Assembly: GCA_038087875.1 (NCBI GenBank)
Contig: CM075995.1
Span: 2,544,001 to 2,608,000, forward strand
Direction: 5' to 3'
Length of the DNA: 64,000 nucleotides
DNA from: Malacoraja senta
Taxonomy: Eukaryota
Positions 38,501 through 50,100 of the stretch are shown here, piece after piece. Every line of letters starts with the position of its first letter. Positions within the stretch are counted from its first letter, which is position 1. Below the pieces are notes generated by a model that did not search any database, was not told where the DNA came from, and saw only the letters and a program-made list of their open reading frames with translations. The translations under genes and the position numbers were made by a program.

Positions 38501-39009
38501 TAGAGGGAGTGCAGAGAAGGTTCACCAGACTGATTCCTGGGATGTCAGGACTTTCATATGAAGAAAGACTGGATAGACTTGGCTTATACTCGCTAGAATT
38601 TAGGAGATTGAGAGGGGATCTTATAGAAACGTACAAAATTCTTATGGGGTTGGACAGGCTAGATGCAGGAAGATTGTTCCCGATGTTGGGGAAGTCCAGG
38701 ACAAGGGGTCACAGCTTAAGGATAAGGGGGAAATCCTTTAAGACCGAGATGAGAAAAAACTTTTTCACACAGAGAGTGGTGAATCTCTGGGACTCTCTGC
38801 CACAGAGGGTAGTTGAGGCCAGTTCATTGGCTATATTTAAGAGGGAGTTAGATGTGGCCCTTGTGGCTAAGAGGATCAGGGGGTATGGAGAGAAGGCTGG
38901 TACGGGATACTGAGTTGGATGATCAGCCATGATCATATTGAATGGCGGTGCAGGCTCGAAGGGCCGAATGGCCTACTCCTGCACCTATTTTCTATGTATC
39001 TATGTATCT
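35554..39009 (+). mobile_element. 5'-truncated young CR1 LINE: end of ORF1 (SGNH esterase), complete ORF2 and 3' UTR
   Basis: ORF1 remnant ISGLLPV...WCRRQGFKFLDHW...DGLHLN; 3' UTR ending in (TATCTATG)n. Confidence 0.96.
35614..38913 (+). CDS. CR1 ORF2, endonuclease-reverse transcriptase, uninterrupted (true start probably downstream of 35614)
   Basis: 1099-codon ORF. EN motifs LNARSI, GITETWL, GDFN, SDH. RT motifs QHGF, YLDFQKAFDKV, GVPQGSVLGP, FADD. Confidence 0.95.
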   Translation: MEDKCVAEGLVQKAGIQISGSLGPLLWKVRPVQKGWVALEPEGDRYPGGEICKGYWGDFKQEWLGGGTQIENAIRQCVRQEAEKESTQTQHVGGGEENNNKQRIRGGGVLKWVSRETEGCKMRAEAIGSKVKSKSGRQTNPGQKSKRATFQHNCIRGKSVVKTSLKALCLNARSIRNKVDELNVQIAINDYDIVGITETWLQGDQGWELNIQGYSIFRRDREKGKGGGVALLVREEINAVERKDISLEDVESVWVELRNTKGQKTLVGVVYRPPSSSSEVGIGIKQEIRNACNKGKTVIMGDFNLHIDWGNQIGRGAEEEDFLECMRDSYLNQHVEEPTREQAILDWVLSNEEGLVSSLVVRAPLGKSDHNMVEFFIRMESDIVNSETTVVNLKKGNFEGMRCELAKIDWQLVLKGLTVDMQWKAFKDCMDELQKLFIPVWQKNKSGKVVHPWITREIRDSIKAKDDAYKLARKSSIPEDWEKFRDQQRRTKGLIRKGKIDYERKLAGNIKTDGKRFYRYVKRKRLVKTNVGPLQSETGELIMGNKVMADQLNNYFGSVFTKEDINNLPEIAGGRGSKEMEELSEIQVSREVVLGKLNGLKADKSPGPDRLHPRVLKEVAPEIVDALVIIFQNSLDSGVVPEDWRVANVTPLFKKGGREKTWNYRPVSLTSVVGKLLESVIKDGIAAHLESGEIIGQSQHGFTKGKSCLTNLIEFFEDVTSRVDRGEPVDVLYLDFQKAFDKVPHKRLGYKLKSHGIGGSVLMWIENWLANRKQRVGVNGSFSQWQAVTSGVPQGSVLGPQLFTIYINDLDEGIESNISKFADDTKLGGSVSCEDDARRLQGDLDRLGEWANVWQMQYNVDKCEVIHFGGKNGKADYYLNGGRLGNGEMQRDLGVMVHPSLKVGMQVQQAVKKANGMLAFITRGFEYRSREVLLQLYRVLVRPHLEYCVQFWSPNLRKDIIAIEGVQRRFTRLIPGMSGLSYEERLDRLGLYSLEFRRLRGDLIETYKILMGLDRLDAGRLFPMLGKSRTRGHSLRIRGKSFKTEMRKNFFTQRVVNLWDSLPQRVVEASSLAIFKRELDVALVAKRIRGYGEKAGTGY

Positions 39010-39044
39010 AATCCCTTAAGAATCTTATATATTTCTATCAGATC

Positions 39045-39244
39045 NNNNNNNNNNNNNNNNNNNNNNNNNNNNNNNNNNNNNNNNNNNNNNNNNNNNNNNN
39101 NNNNNNNNNNNNNNNNNNNNNNNNNNNNNNNNNNNNNNNNNNNNNNNNNNNNNNNNNNNNNNNNNNNNNNNNNNNNNNNNNNNNNNNNNNNNNNNNNNNN
39201 NNNNNNNNNNNNNNNNNNNNNNNNNNNNNNNNNNNNNNNNNNNN
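39045..39244. other. Assembly gap (200 N)
   Basis: Run of exactly 200 n; a round number, so the true size is probably unknown. Confidence 0.99.
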
Positions 39245-41154
39245 CCAGAGGAGGTTTACAAGAATGTTTCCAGGAATGAGTGGGTTGACATATGATGAGC
39301 GTTTGACAGCACTGGGCCTCCACTCGCTGAAGTTTAGAAGGTTGAGGGGGGGCCTCATTGAAACGTACAGAATAATAGAAGGCATAGATAGAGCAGATGT
39401 GGAGAGGATGTTTCCACTGGTGGGAGAGTCTAGGACTAGAAGTCATAGCCCCAGAATTAATGGGCGCTGTTTTAAAAAGGGGGAACTTCTTTAGTCAGAG
39501 GGTAGTTGATCTGTGGAATTCTTTGCCACAGAGGGCTGTGGAGGCAAAGTCAGTGGATATTTTTAAGGCAGAGATAGACAGATTCTTGATTAGATAGTGT
39601 GTCACGGGTTATGGGGAGAAGGCAGGAAAATGGGATGAGGAGGCTGAGATCAGCCATGATTGAATGGCAGAGTGGACACGGTGGGCCGAATGGCCTAATT
39701 CTACTACAACTTGTAAACTTGTGAAATTGCTGTAGTAACTCAGCGGGACAGGCAGCATCTCCGGATAGTACAAGTAGGCGACTTTTTGGGTCGAAACCCT
39801 TCTTCTCCAATGTGTCTATGCATGGTCGTCAGGAGGAAAACATGATATTATAATGACGTCCCTCTCACCTGCTCTGTAAAACCGAGCCCAGTTTCATAGC
39901 TGTTGCTAAATAAAACCAAGAGAAATGGGATCTTGGCAAGCTGTAGACCTTGAAAACAGTGTTGCAGCGTCATGCCTGTTCTCCACAATGAGTCACCCGG
40001 ATGTCTCCCTCACCTGCCCTGACACACGAAGCCCAGTTTTACTGGTTGTTGCAAAATAGACCCAAGAGAACTGGCAAGGAGACAATTTCTATAGCTCTAA
40101 CAGTGTTACTTCCAGCACAGTGCCTGCTCTGCCACCTCTGCATGCACAAGAGTACCAAGTTTGTCCACAGGAATATGAAAGCTGCACTTATTTGCCTTGC
40201 AAGAGGTAGTTCCAATGCTCAAAACAGGCCTGAATTCCAGAATGTACATTTGTTGACCATTCTTCAGCAAAGAGTGAACAAATGATCAGCAAGAGGACAC
40301 AAAGTGCTAGAGTAACTCAGCGGGTCGGGCAGCATCTCTGGTGAACTTGGATAGGTAACGCTTCGGGTTGAGAGCCTTCTTCATGAGAACGTTGGAGGGT
40401 GAGTTTGGAGCCGATTAAAGTGGCCCAAAGTGCTAGACTGAAGAAGAGCCTCGACCTGAAACATCACCTAGCCATTTTCTCCAGAGCCTCTCCCTGACCT
40501 GCTGAGGCACTTTGTGTCTAGTTGTGCATCAACCAGCACCTACAGTTCTTTGTTTCTGTACGTTCTGCAAGCATTAGCATAACAAATTGGGTGGCAAAAC
40601 CTTCCCGTGTTGTCAGCTTAGCGTTAACAATTAAAATCTGTATTTAAAGAATGCAAATTCATCAGTGTGAGGCCAGAGCTAGAAGCCATGGCTGGTGTTA
40701 ATATTTTCAGTCTGCTAATGGTCTGAATGCTGCAGCCAAGCCATTAAGTGGCGCAGTTAAACACATTTGGCCATGAACCAACTCACACAAACTGAGATGT
40801 GAACAAAGTCCTGATGATAAAGAATAAGCAACAGTGGTAAGTGAACACAATTCTCTTGTGCAACCTGTCTCAAGCCTTTTTTCTAAGTCAAACACAATTT
40901 GTTTTTCTCCTTAGGAACAATATTAGAACTGTTGCGTATGTAGAAAAACAGATTCAACGATTTAAGTCCAACAACTCCAAACCAGCTAATGCAAAAACAA
41001 TCCTTGACAACTATAGTAGCTTGACACAATGATTATCAATAGACATTTAATATTTCTACTGCTATAAATCACAGTATTTTGTACAAATCATCAATCCAAG
41101 CTATCAGATGAGCAAAGAACGCCACAGTGGCGCAGCGGTAGTGTTGCAGCCTTA

Positions 41155-41919
41155 TGGGCCTGTCCCACTTAGGCGACTTTTTAGGTGACTGCAGGAGACT
41201 CTGCGGTCGCCACATGTTCGCGGGTGGTTGCCGGGGAGTCGCCTTCATGGTCGTGAGGAGTTCCCGCATTCTGGGAACTAGTCGCGGCCTCGTTATGGCC
41301 GTCGCAAATTTTTCAACACGTTGAAAAATTAGCGGCGACTAGAATGAAGCCGCCATGGAGAGTAGCGAGAATTCTCGTGCCGTAGGTAGGTCGCCAGGAG
41401 GTCCTAGTGGGTTGCCAAGAGGTCGAAGGTTCTCGGAGGTTCTTGTAGGTTGCAGCCGGTGCTGACCGGCGAATTTCATTGGCTCATTGGGAAACAAAAA
41501 GGTAAGCAGTAGTTTTTAGAACCAAGGATGACCGACCGATAATGTTAAATGTCCGCCGAGCTTCACAGCCGTGTATCTCTGGCTTCTTAAAAGTTGTCTC
41601 CACTCCTTCTCCCCCCTCTTTTAAAGGACTTACCGTACACTGTGCTTAGCTGTCTTAATTACAGCGCCAACCTTCCTGTTCATCGCGGTGTGTGTCTGCA
41701 TCGCCTTGGCTTTGCACCCATGTGAATTTTTTAGACAGCGCTCCCTCCGCTTGCCCTGTCCCCCGCCTGCATAACGGGCTGGTGAAGGAGGCGATGTGTG
41801 TGTGTGTGTGTGTTCCACTCTGACAGTCACCGTTCCAGTTGCCGTTTTTTCAGGCGACTGCCGGCAACTTGACAGTCCCCGGCAGTCCGCTGAAAAATCG
41901 CCTAAGTGGGACAGGCCCG
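41155..41919. mobile_element. PIF/Harbinger MITE (765 bp) inserted into a V-SINE (41119-41154 and 41920-42173)
   Basis: TIRs GGGCCTGTCCCACTTAGGCGA / TCGCCTAAGTGGGACAGGCCC; TTA TSD at 41152-41154 and 41920-41922; SINE resumes in register. Confidence 0.93.
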
Positions 41920-44244
41920 TTACAGCACCAGAGACCCGGGTTCGATGCCGACTATGGGTGATGTCTGTATGGAGTTTGTATGTTCTCCCTGTGACTGCGT
42001 GTTTTTTCTCCAGGTGCTTTGGTTCACACCCACATTCCCAAGACGTGCAGATTTGTAGGTTAATTCACTTCTGTAAATTGTCCCTAGCGTGTAGGATACA
42101 ACAAGTATATGGGTCGGCACGGACCCGTTGGGCCGAAGGGCCTGTTTTCACAGCCTATCTCTAAACTAAACTAATTTATTCAGGTAACAAAAATGGTTCC
42201 TGATTTAATCTACAATTTCAAACCTAAGGGACCTTTCCAATGTTGCTCTAATTACCTTCTGTGTCTCTAAACTAAGAAGGATGACAATAATCTGATTCCT
42301 TGGTCCCTTTAGGTTTAGGTTTATTGTTGTCAAGTGTACCGAGATACAGAGAAAGCTTTGTATTGCATGCTATTATATCATTTCAGATTTACCATATATA
42401 AATACAAACAAGTCCAACTCAAGTACAATACATAAGCCAAAGGGGAAGATACAGAGTGCAGCATAATAATTCTCAGCATTGTATCAGTTTAGTTTAGTTT
42501 AGAGATACAGCGTGGAAACAGGCCCTTCGGCCCACCAAGTCCGTGCCGACCGGCGATCCCCATACATTAACACTATCCCACGCACTCTGGGGACAATTTA
42601 CACGTACACGAAGCCAATTAACCTACATACCCGTACATCTTTGGAATATGGGAGCAAACCGAAGAGAAACCCCACGGTCACGAGGAGAACGTACAAACTC
42701 CGTACAGACAGCACCTGTAGTCGGAATCGAACCCAGTTCTCCGGCACTGCAAGCTCTGTAAGGCAGCAACTCTCACGCTGTGCCACCGGGCTGCACTGTT
42801 CCTTGGATAAGTTCCTTATCCGTTCCTAGATCAGTTCCTTAGACAAGTCCAATGCCTCAAAGGAGCAGAGGTGAATCATATTAGGTGACTCACGCTGGCT
42901 GAATTAACCTGACTTCATTTAGGATCATTCAGAAGATTGATAACAATGAGGAAGAAGTTGTTCCTGAGTCTGGTGGTGCACACTTTTAAGCTTCTGTACC
43001 CACTGCCCAACAGGAGCAGGGAGTAGGAAGAAATGACCGAGATGGGACAAGTCTTTGATCTTGTTAAAAATAGACACAAAGTGCTGGAGTAACTCAATGG
43101 GTGTGACAATGTCTTTGGAGAATATGGATAGATGACGTTTTGGGTCGGGATTCTTGTTAATGTTGGCTACCTTTCCAAGGCAGCATGAAGTGTAGATGGA
43201 GTCAATGGTGGGAAGTCTGGTCTGTTCTGACTTTGCATTAAACACCATTAACTATTCCTCAGCCCACTTGCCCAGCTGATTAACACTGGGCTGCAATATT
43301 TAATAACACTTTTATAAGATCAGCACTCAGCCTCCTCCCCCTCCAAGAAACAGAGTCCGAGCCTGCCAAACCTCTCCTTACAGCTCAGGCCCTCAAGTCC
43401 TGGCAACATCCTCGTAAAACTTCTCTGTACTCTTTCCAGCTTAATGGCATCTTTCCTATAGCAGGGTTTTAGCAATATGTGTGAATGCAGGCCAGATTGC
43501 TTCAATTAAAATTTCTACATAAAATAAGTCTCTGTGCAAACACAAACAGCTAATTTGGCAGGGCACCTGAGGATAATGGGCATTATTGGAAGCTTGCCTT
43601 AGTTATCAATCTGGGAGGGGAAAAGTCTCGGAAAATAATGAATGAGACCAGGCTGTCTCATTGATTGAATCAATAACTCTGCTTCCCAATTCTACACTTG
43701 GCTTTTTCATTTGTATCTATTATACTGGATTTGTTTGCAGTCACTGAACTTTCCATGTTCATTACATTGGGACAAATGTATTTATCTGTAAATTTTCATG
43801 TCATTATATTGTGGTGCATTTTGCTTCAATTATTCCCCATTGAATTCCCATGTGGAGACAAGATATCATGGTGTAATTATTACAAATAATTTGATAATTC
43901 CAGAAAATGAACTGTGAATGGAAGAGAAATATAAGGCTATGTATTAAAAAAAGTGCATTTATCTTTTACCGAAGCAAAACCAAAAGGCTTGGAACTCATA
44001 GAAGGCACGGCAGCATTTCCAATAACTGCAAAGGAGTTGGTGTTTCAAGCATGGTTTCAACCTCTTCAATGCATCACTTCTGAGTTGCTCTTTCCTTCCA
44101 TATCTTCAGCATTGCAATATTCTGCCATCTCTTTGTTCTTACACTTTTGGCCGCTTGTGTATCCCAATTATCATCATTGCACTGTTCGCAATGTCTTGAG
44201 CCCAAGCTCTGGGCTTTTCTCCCCAACATCTCCCTGTTTCAATT

Positions 44245-44276
<32 letters not shown>

Positions 44277-45226
44277 CCCTTTAAGCAACACCATAAATAT
44301 CTCTTTATTTCCAAGATGTCACACTGTTAAGAAATAAAAACAGAATTCACGAGTTCTGTTATTAAACGCTTCGGTTATGTTTACAGCCAGCACCCGTAGT
44401 CAGGATCAAATCCGAGTCTCTGGCGCTGTGAGGCAGCAACTCTACCGTGTCACCCACTAAATTAAGTAAAAGAATTAATAAAGAAAATACAGCGCTAAAC
44501 AATTTCTTTTTCACACATTATACGAAGCCTAGGGAGTACTAAGAGTAGTCCAAGTAGTTACAGTCTAAGATAAGTAGAGGGTGGCACCACATAGGCAGTA
44601 GAAGCTTGAAGGAATAACTGGTCTTTATTTGTGAAAAACACAAAGTGCTGGAGGAATTCAGTGAGTCAGGCAACACCTGTGCAGGAAATGGACAGATGAT
44701 GTTTCGGATTGGGATCCTTCTTCTCCTTCCTGTCCCATTTTTAACTTTGTAGTTGCGAAGGAAGGAATTTAAATGGCCCAATTTATTCATCATCTCCTTC
44801 TGTCAGCCACCTCCGATCATGTCTGCAGCGTGCAACCTCCGACTGACACACCAAGTCATAAAGCAGGAAAAGGCAACCGAAGCCATCTGTTTGCATGCAC
44901 AAGGTCTGGAGTCCAAGCAGAAGGTCCAGATGGCTGGGCTTAAGTTAGTTCACATTTTGAGCAAAAGATTAATCTTATGGTAAAGTGATCCAAAATGCCA
45001 TGTTAAATTGAACAGATTGCAGTATCTGAACTGAAATCGATGTTCTCTGCTGCTGACAGTTGAAAGGTGGGTGAAGCACATCTACCCCCCATTTACCAGG
45101 CTTAGAGGCGAACCTAAGACTTAAATATACGGTAAATATTAGTCAAGAGTCAAGTGTGTTGAATGTCATATGTGAAATGAAATTCTTACTTGCAGCATTA
45201 TAACAGGCCTGTAAACACATTACACA

Positions 45227-46510
45227 TCTATATAACTAAAAGTCTCATCTTGACAACTTCCTGTCTGCGCTATATATTGATCTTAGAAAAAATGCTGCCC
45301 TATATCGCTATGATTTTTGGCCATCTTATTCAGAGTCCTCCTCCGCTGAGGCAGCCCCGAGGATTTTTCCGATCGATGAAAAATCAAAAAGTTATGAATG
45401 TTTCAAAAATCTTGAGATTAGCTGATTGGTCCTCTTGCCTGTCAATCACCACGATGACGGTAACGCCCCCTCCGGTGGGGGGCAGGACTATAAAACCCCA
45501 GATGCCTGGACGTGAGACAGTCACTCTGGAAGATCGCGAGGGAGAGTCCACAATGCAATGAAATTGAATATGGAGGCCTGCACTATGCTTGAAATAGAAA
45601 CATAGAAACTAGGTGCAGGAGGAGGCCATTCGGCCCTTCGAGTCAGCACCGCCATTCATTGTGATCATGGCTGATCGTCCCCAATCAATAACCCGTGCCT
45701 GCCTTCTCGCCATATCCCTTGATTCCACTGGCCCCTAGAGCTCTATCTAACTCTCTCTTAAATCCATCCAGTGATTTGGCCTCCACTGCCCTCTGTGACA
45801 GGGAATTCCACAAATTCACAACTCTCTGGGTGAAAAAGTTTTTTCTCACCTCAGTCTTAAATGGCCTCCCCTTTATTCTAAGACTGTGGCCCCTGGTTCT
45901 GGACTCGCCCAAATGCTATGAAATTGAATGTGGTGGCCTGCACTCTGCTTGAAATGCTATGAAATTGAATGTGGTGGCCTGCACTCTGCTTGAAATGCTA
46001 TGAAATTGAATGTGGTGGCCTGCACTCTGCTTGAAATGCTATGAAATTGAATGTGGTGGCCTGCACTCTGCTTGAAATGCTATGAAATTGAATGTGGTGG
46101 CCTGCACTCTGCTTGAAATGCTATGAAATTGAATGTGGTGGCCTGCACTCTGCTTGAAATGCTATGAAATTGAATGTGGTGGCCTGCACTCTGCTTGAAA
46201 TGCTATGAAATTGAATGTGGTGGCACTGCACTCTGCTTGAAATGGAATTTCAAGGAATAACCGTGAGTGAACAGCCAGCCCACCAGGCCTGAGTGACTGA
46301 GCTGCCAGCCCAAGAATCAATTTGGCCCACAATGTCCATACTAGCCCACTGGAAACCAGTCCCTTCGGCCCACGCCCATACTATCCCTCCAGAAAGCCCC
46401 CCCCCGCCCACTGGCCACCAATATTGGAATTGGTGGAGAGTTGGAATATTGCGTTGGGGGACCAGCCCTCCCGTGTGAACATGGGACCCAACGGGTCCCA
46501 CTTAGTCTAG
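45227..46510 (+). mobile_element. Non-autonomous Helitron, unit 1 (contains a minisatellite and a CR1 insertion)
   Basis: a|TCTATATAACTAAAA start; hairpin tgggaccc-aac-gggtccca (46482-46500) then CTAG|t; no TSD. Confidence 0.85.
45911..46240 (+). repeat. 41-bp minisatellite, 8 near-perfect copies, plus a degenerate copy at about 45552-45594
   Basis: Unit aaatgctatgaaattgaatgtggtggcctgcactctgcttg. Confidence 0.97.
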
Positions 46511-47192
46511 TATATTACTAAAACTCTAATCTTGTTCGTTAGCATGTCCTTGAGTCTGTCTGAAGTCTGATCCAGAAACTACGCCAAATGGTACACGATA
46601 CCGCTACAATTTTTGGACCACCTTACTCACCATTGTCCTGTGGTGTGGTGTATCGTTTTGTTCAGATTGATGGTATATTTTATGTTATTCACATTTTAAA
46701 CTTTACAAAATCCAGTTTGAGAAAAATCACTGGAACTTGCACTGACAGTTAGCAGCTATGACGTCACAATGGGATCTCATTTACATAAACTGCCCGTCAA
46801 TAGTGTTCCACACCACAATGGGATCTCATACACATGAAAAAAACAGCAGCTTCCTCAACTCCCTTGCCCTGCCACTGCCCGTTACAATGTTACAAATGAC
46901 TGGACACTGAGTCCTGTCATTTCTAACATTGTAACGGGCAGGGGCAGGGCAAGGGAATTGGATTTTTTTAAGTGAAAAGTTAGTGAATTTTTTAAAGTTT
47001 AAAAAGAGGGAGGGTGAAGAGGAGGGGGAGGGAGTGCTTGGGATGAGGGGAAATGAGCTGCGTCTGCGCAGTTGGGAGCTATGGGTGAGTGGTGGAATAT
47101 TGCGTTGGTGGAACGTGTTGCTTTGGGGGAACGGATGAGTGGTGGAATATTGCGTTGGGGGAACGGGACCCAATGGGTTCCACTTGTTCTAG
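46511..47192 (+). mobile_element. Non-autonomous Helitron, unit 2, head-to-tail with unit 1
   Basis: tatattactaaaactctaatcttg 5' end homologous to unit 1; hairpin gggaccc-aat-gggttcc then CTAG|t. Confidence 0.82.
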
Positions 47193-50100
47193 TATCATAT
47201 ATAATAAACAGAAGCAAATTCTAGGCGGCAAGGTGGCGTAGCGGTAGAACTACTGTCTTACTGCGCCAGAGATCTGGGTTCGATCCTGACTATGGGTGCT
47301 TGTCTGTACGGAGTTTGTTCGTTCTCCCCGTGACATGCATAGGTTTCTCCGAGATCTTCTGTTTCCCCCCACTCTCCAAAGACGTACAGGTTTGTAGGTT
47401 CATTGGCTTGGTATAAATGTAAAACAGTCTCTAGTGCCTGTAGGGTAGTGTTAATGTGCAGGGAACGCTGGTTAGCGCGGACTCGGTGGGCCGTGGGGCT
47501 TGTTTCCGCGTTGTTTCTCTAAAACTAAATGCAAACTTAAAGAATTTTTTTTTTTATTAGACGCCGTGTACAAAAGTATAAACCGCGGCATATGACATAA
47601 TACATTTATTGTATAGCTTCAATTTTTAATTTTAGCTAAAGATGAGAAAGAAGAAGAGAGAAAAAGCAAGAGAGAGAGAAAGTGATGGTGCAAGAATGTG
47701 TGGAGTAACTTAATGGGTAAGGCAACTTTATAGAACATGGAGAGGTGATGTTTCGGGTCGGGTCCCTTCCTCAAACAAACGTCACTTATCCACGTTCTCC
47801 AGAGATGCTACCTGACCTACCAAGTTACTCCAGCAATTTGTGTCCTTTTTTTTGTGAACCAGCATCTGCAGTTCCTTGTTTCTACAAAGACAGACAACTG
47901 AAGTTTACAGTTGAGTTAGTGTTGTGCAGTGTTCAATGGCCTGACGCTTGATGAAAATAAACTATTCTAGAAACCCGGTAGTCACTGTTTTCAAACTCCT
48001 ATACCCTGTACCTGATGGTACGAGTGAAATGAGAGCGTGGCTGGGGTGATGTGAGTTTATGACGATATTGGCTGCCTTTTTGAGGTGGAGCCTCCTTTTG
48101 ATCCCTTCAATGGTGGGGAGGTCAATACCTGAGATGGACCAGACAGTGTCTACCCCTCTCTGTAATCTCCTTCATTCCTGCGAGCTTGAGCTGCTGTACC
48201 CAGACCAGGAGACTATCAGTCAGTATGCTCTCTACCGTGCCACTGCACAAGTTCAAGAGAATATTCGCCGATATACCAAATCTCAATTTTCTAAGGAAGT
48301 AGAGACATTGAAGGCTTTTCGTTGTGACTGCATGGTCCAGGGCACATATTTAGAGACATCCACACCTAGGACCTCTCTCTACCACCGACCTGTTGGTGAA
48401 GACAGGTTCATGCATCCTTAGCTTTCCTGTTCTAAAGTCAATAATCAGTTCCTTGGTCTTACTGATGTTGAGCGCAAGATTATAGTTCTGACACATTCAA
48501 TCAGACAAGCAATCTCCCTCCTACACGCTGACTAATTATTACCCGCTGTTCATCCAACAATTTACATGGGAATAGAGTCGAGCAGGGGGTTGAGCACGCA
48601 GCCTTGAGGTGCTCCTGTGCTGATGGTTATCGAGGAGGAAGTGTTGTCGCCGATTCCTACTGCTTGTGGTCTGCTGATGAGGAAGTCGAGGAACAAGTTG
48701 CATAGGAATGAGCAGAGACCCAGTTCCCTGAGTTTGACAACAAGTTTGAAGGGGGTGACAGTGTTGAATTCCGAGCTGTAGCCGCTTAACAACTGCGTGT
48801 ACATGTGTATTCATGTGTGTATATATTTATATAATGGTATATGGACACACTGATCTGTTCTGTATTCATGCCTACTATGTTCTGGTGTGCTGAAGCAAAG
48901 CTAGGACATCATTGTTCTATCAGGGACACATGACAATAAACTCTCTTGATCTTGAACATGTTCTTATTGTCCAGGTGGTCCACAGCTGAGTGGAGAGCCA
49001 GCGAGGTTGTATCCCCCTTTTTGTATCGTCGTTTCCCTTATCCCTAACCAGTCTGAAGAAGGGTCTCGACCCAAAACGTCACCCATTCCTTCTCTCCAGA
49101 GATGCTGCCTGTTACTCCAGCTTTTTGTGTCTATCCCCCTTTTTTCTATTGTGGCGTTAGGCAAAGTGTTCTGGGTCCAGATCCTTGCTATGGTTGGAGT
49201 TAATATACGTCATGACCAAACTTTCAAAGCACTTCATAATTCATTGATTATAAATAATTTATCCTGTTACAGTTACCGTACTCCCCAACTAAATGCAGGT
49301 TTTAGAGGCTTTTAGATAGGCACATGGAAGTGCGGGGAATACAGAGAAATGGATCATGTACAGGCAGATGAGATCAGTTTAACTTGGCATCATGTTCTAC
49401 ATTGTGGGCTGAAGGGCCTGTTACTGTGCTGTACTGTTTAATGTGCTATGTTGTCAGATGGGGCATCTTGGACAAGTTGGGCCAAAGGTCTAGTTTCCAT
49501 GCTGTATGTCTCTAACTTCGATTCTATTGAAAACTAAATAAAATAGACATGAGCTCGTTCCATACAAGACTTCTCGGAATTCATTGCCACAGACGGCCGT
49601 GGAAGCCAAGTCAATGGATATTTTTAAGGCGGAGATTGACAGATTCTTGATTAGTACGGGTGTCAAGGGTTATGGGGAGGAGGCAGGAGAATAGGTTTGA
49701 GAGTGAAAGATAGATCAGCCACGATTGAATGGCAGACTTGATGGGCCGGATGGCCTAATTCTGCTCCTGGAATTTATGAACTTAATCTCACTCCTGAAAG
49801 GAGTTAATTATATGACTGACATTGAATATACCACAAAAAAAAAAACATGGTCCCAGCATAAGAAGCCAGCTCTAATACTGGTCTGAACGACATAAATACA
49901 AGATTTGGAAATCAATAGGGTGAAGTCATTACCCATCCTCGTCGGATGACAGCTACATTTCATCAGCACTAAAAATTGCACATGTATAGCATCTTTTATT
50001 CGGAAGAAGTCCCAAGTCACCGAGATTTACTATCCCAATGTTTAAGAAACAGTTAGACAGGTACATGGATAGACAATAGACAATAGGTGCAGGAGTAGGC

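Noticed and set aside
38929..39446. ORFs spanning 39045-39244
   Set aside because: Artefacts of the N gap.
45911..46240. Regular 41-bp repeats resembling a CRISPR array
   Set aside because: Units are contiguous with no unique spacers, there are no cas genes, and the context is a eukaryotic intron; it is a minisatellite inside a Helitron.
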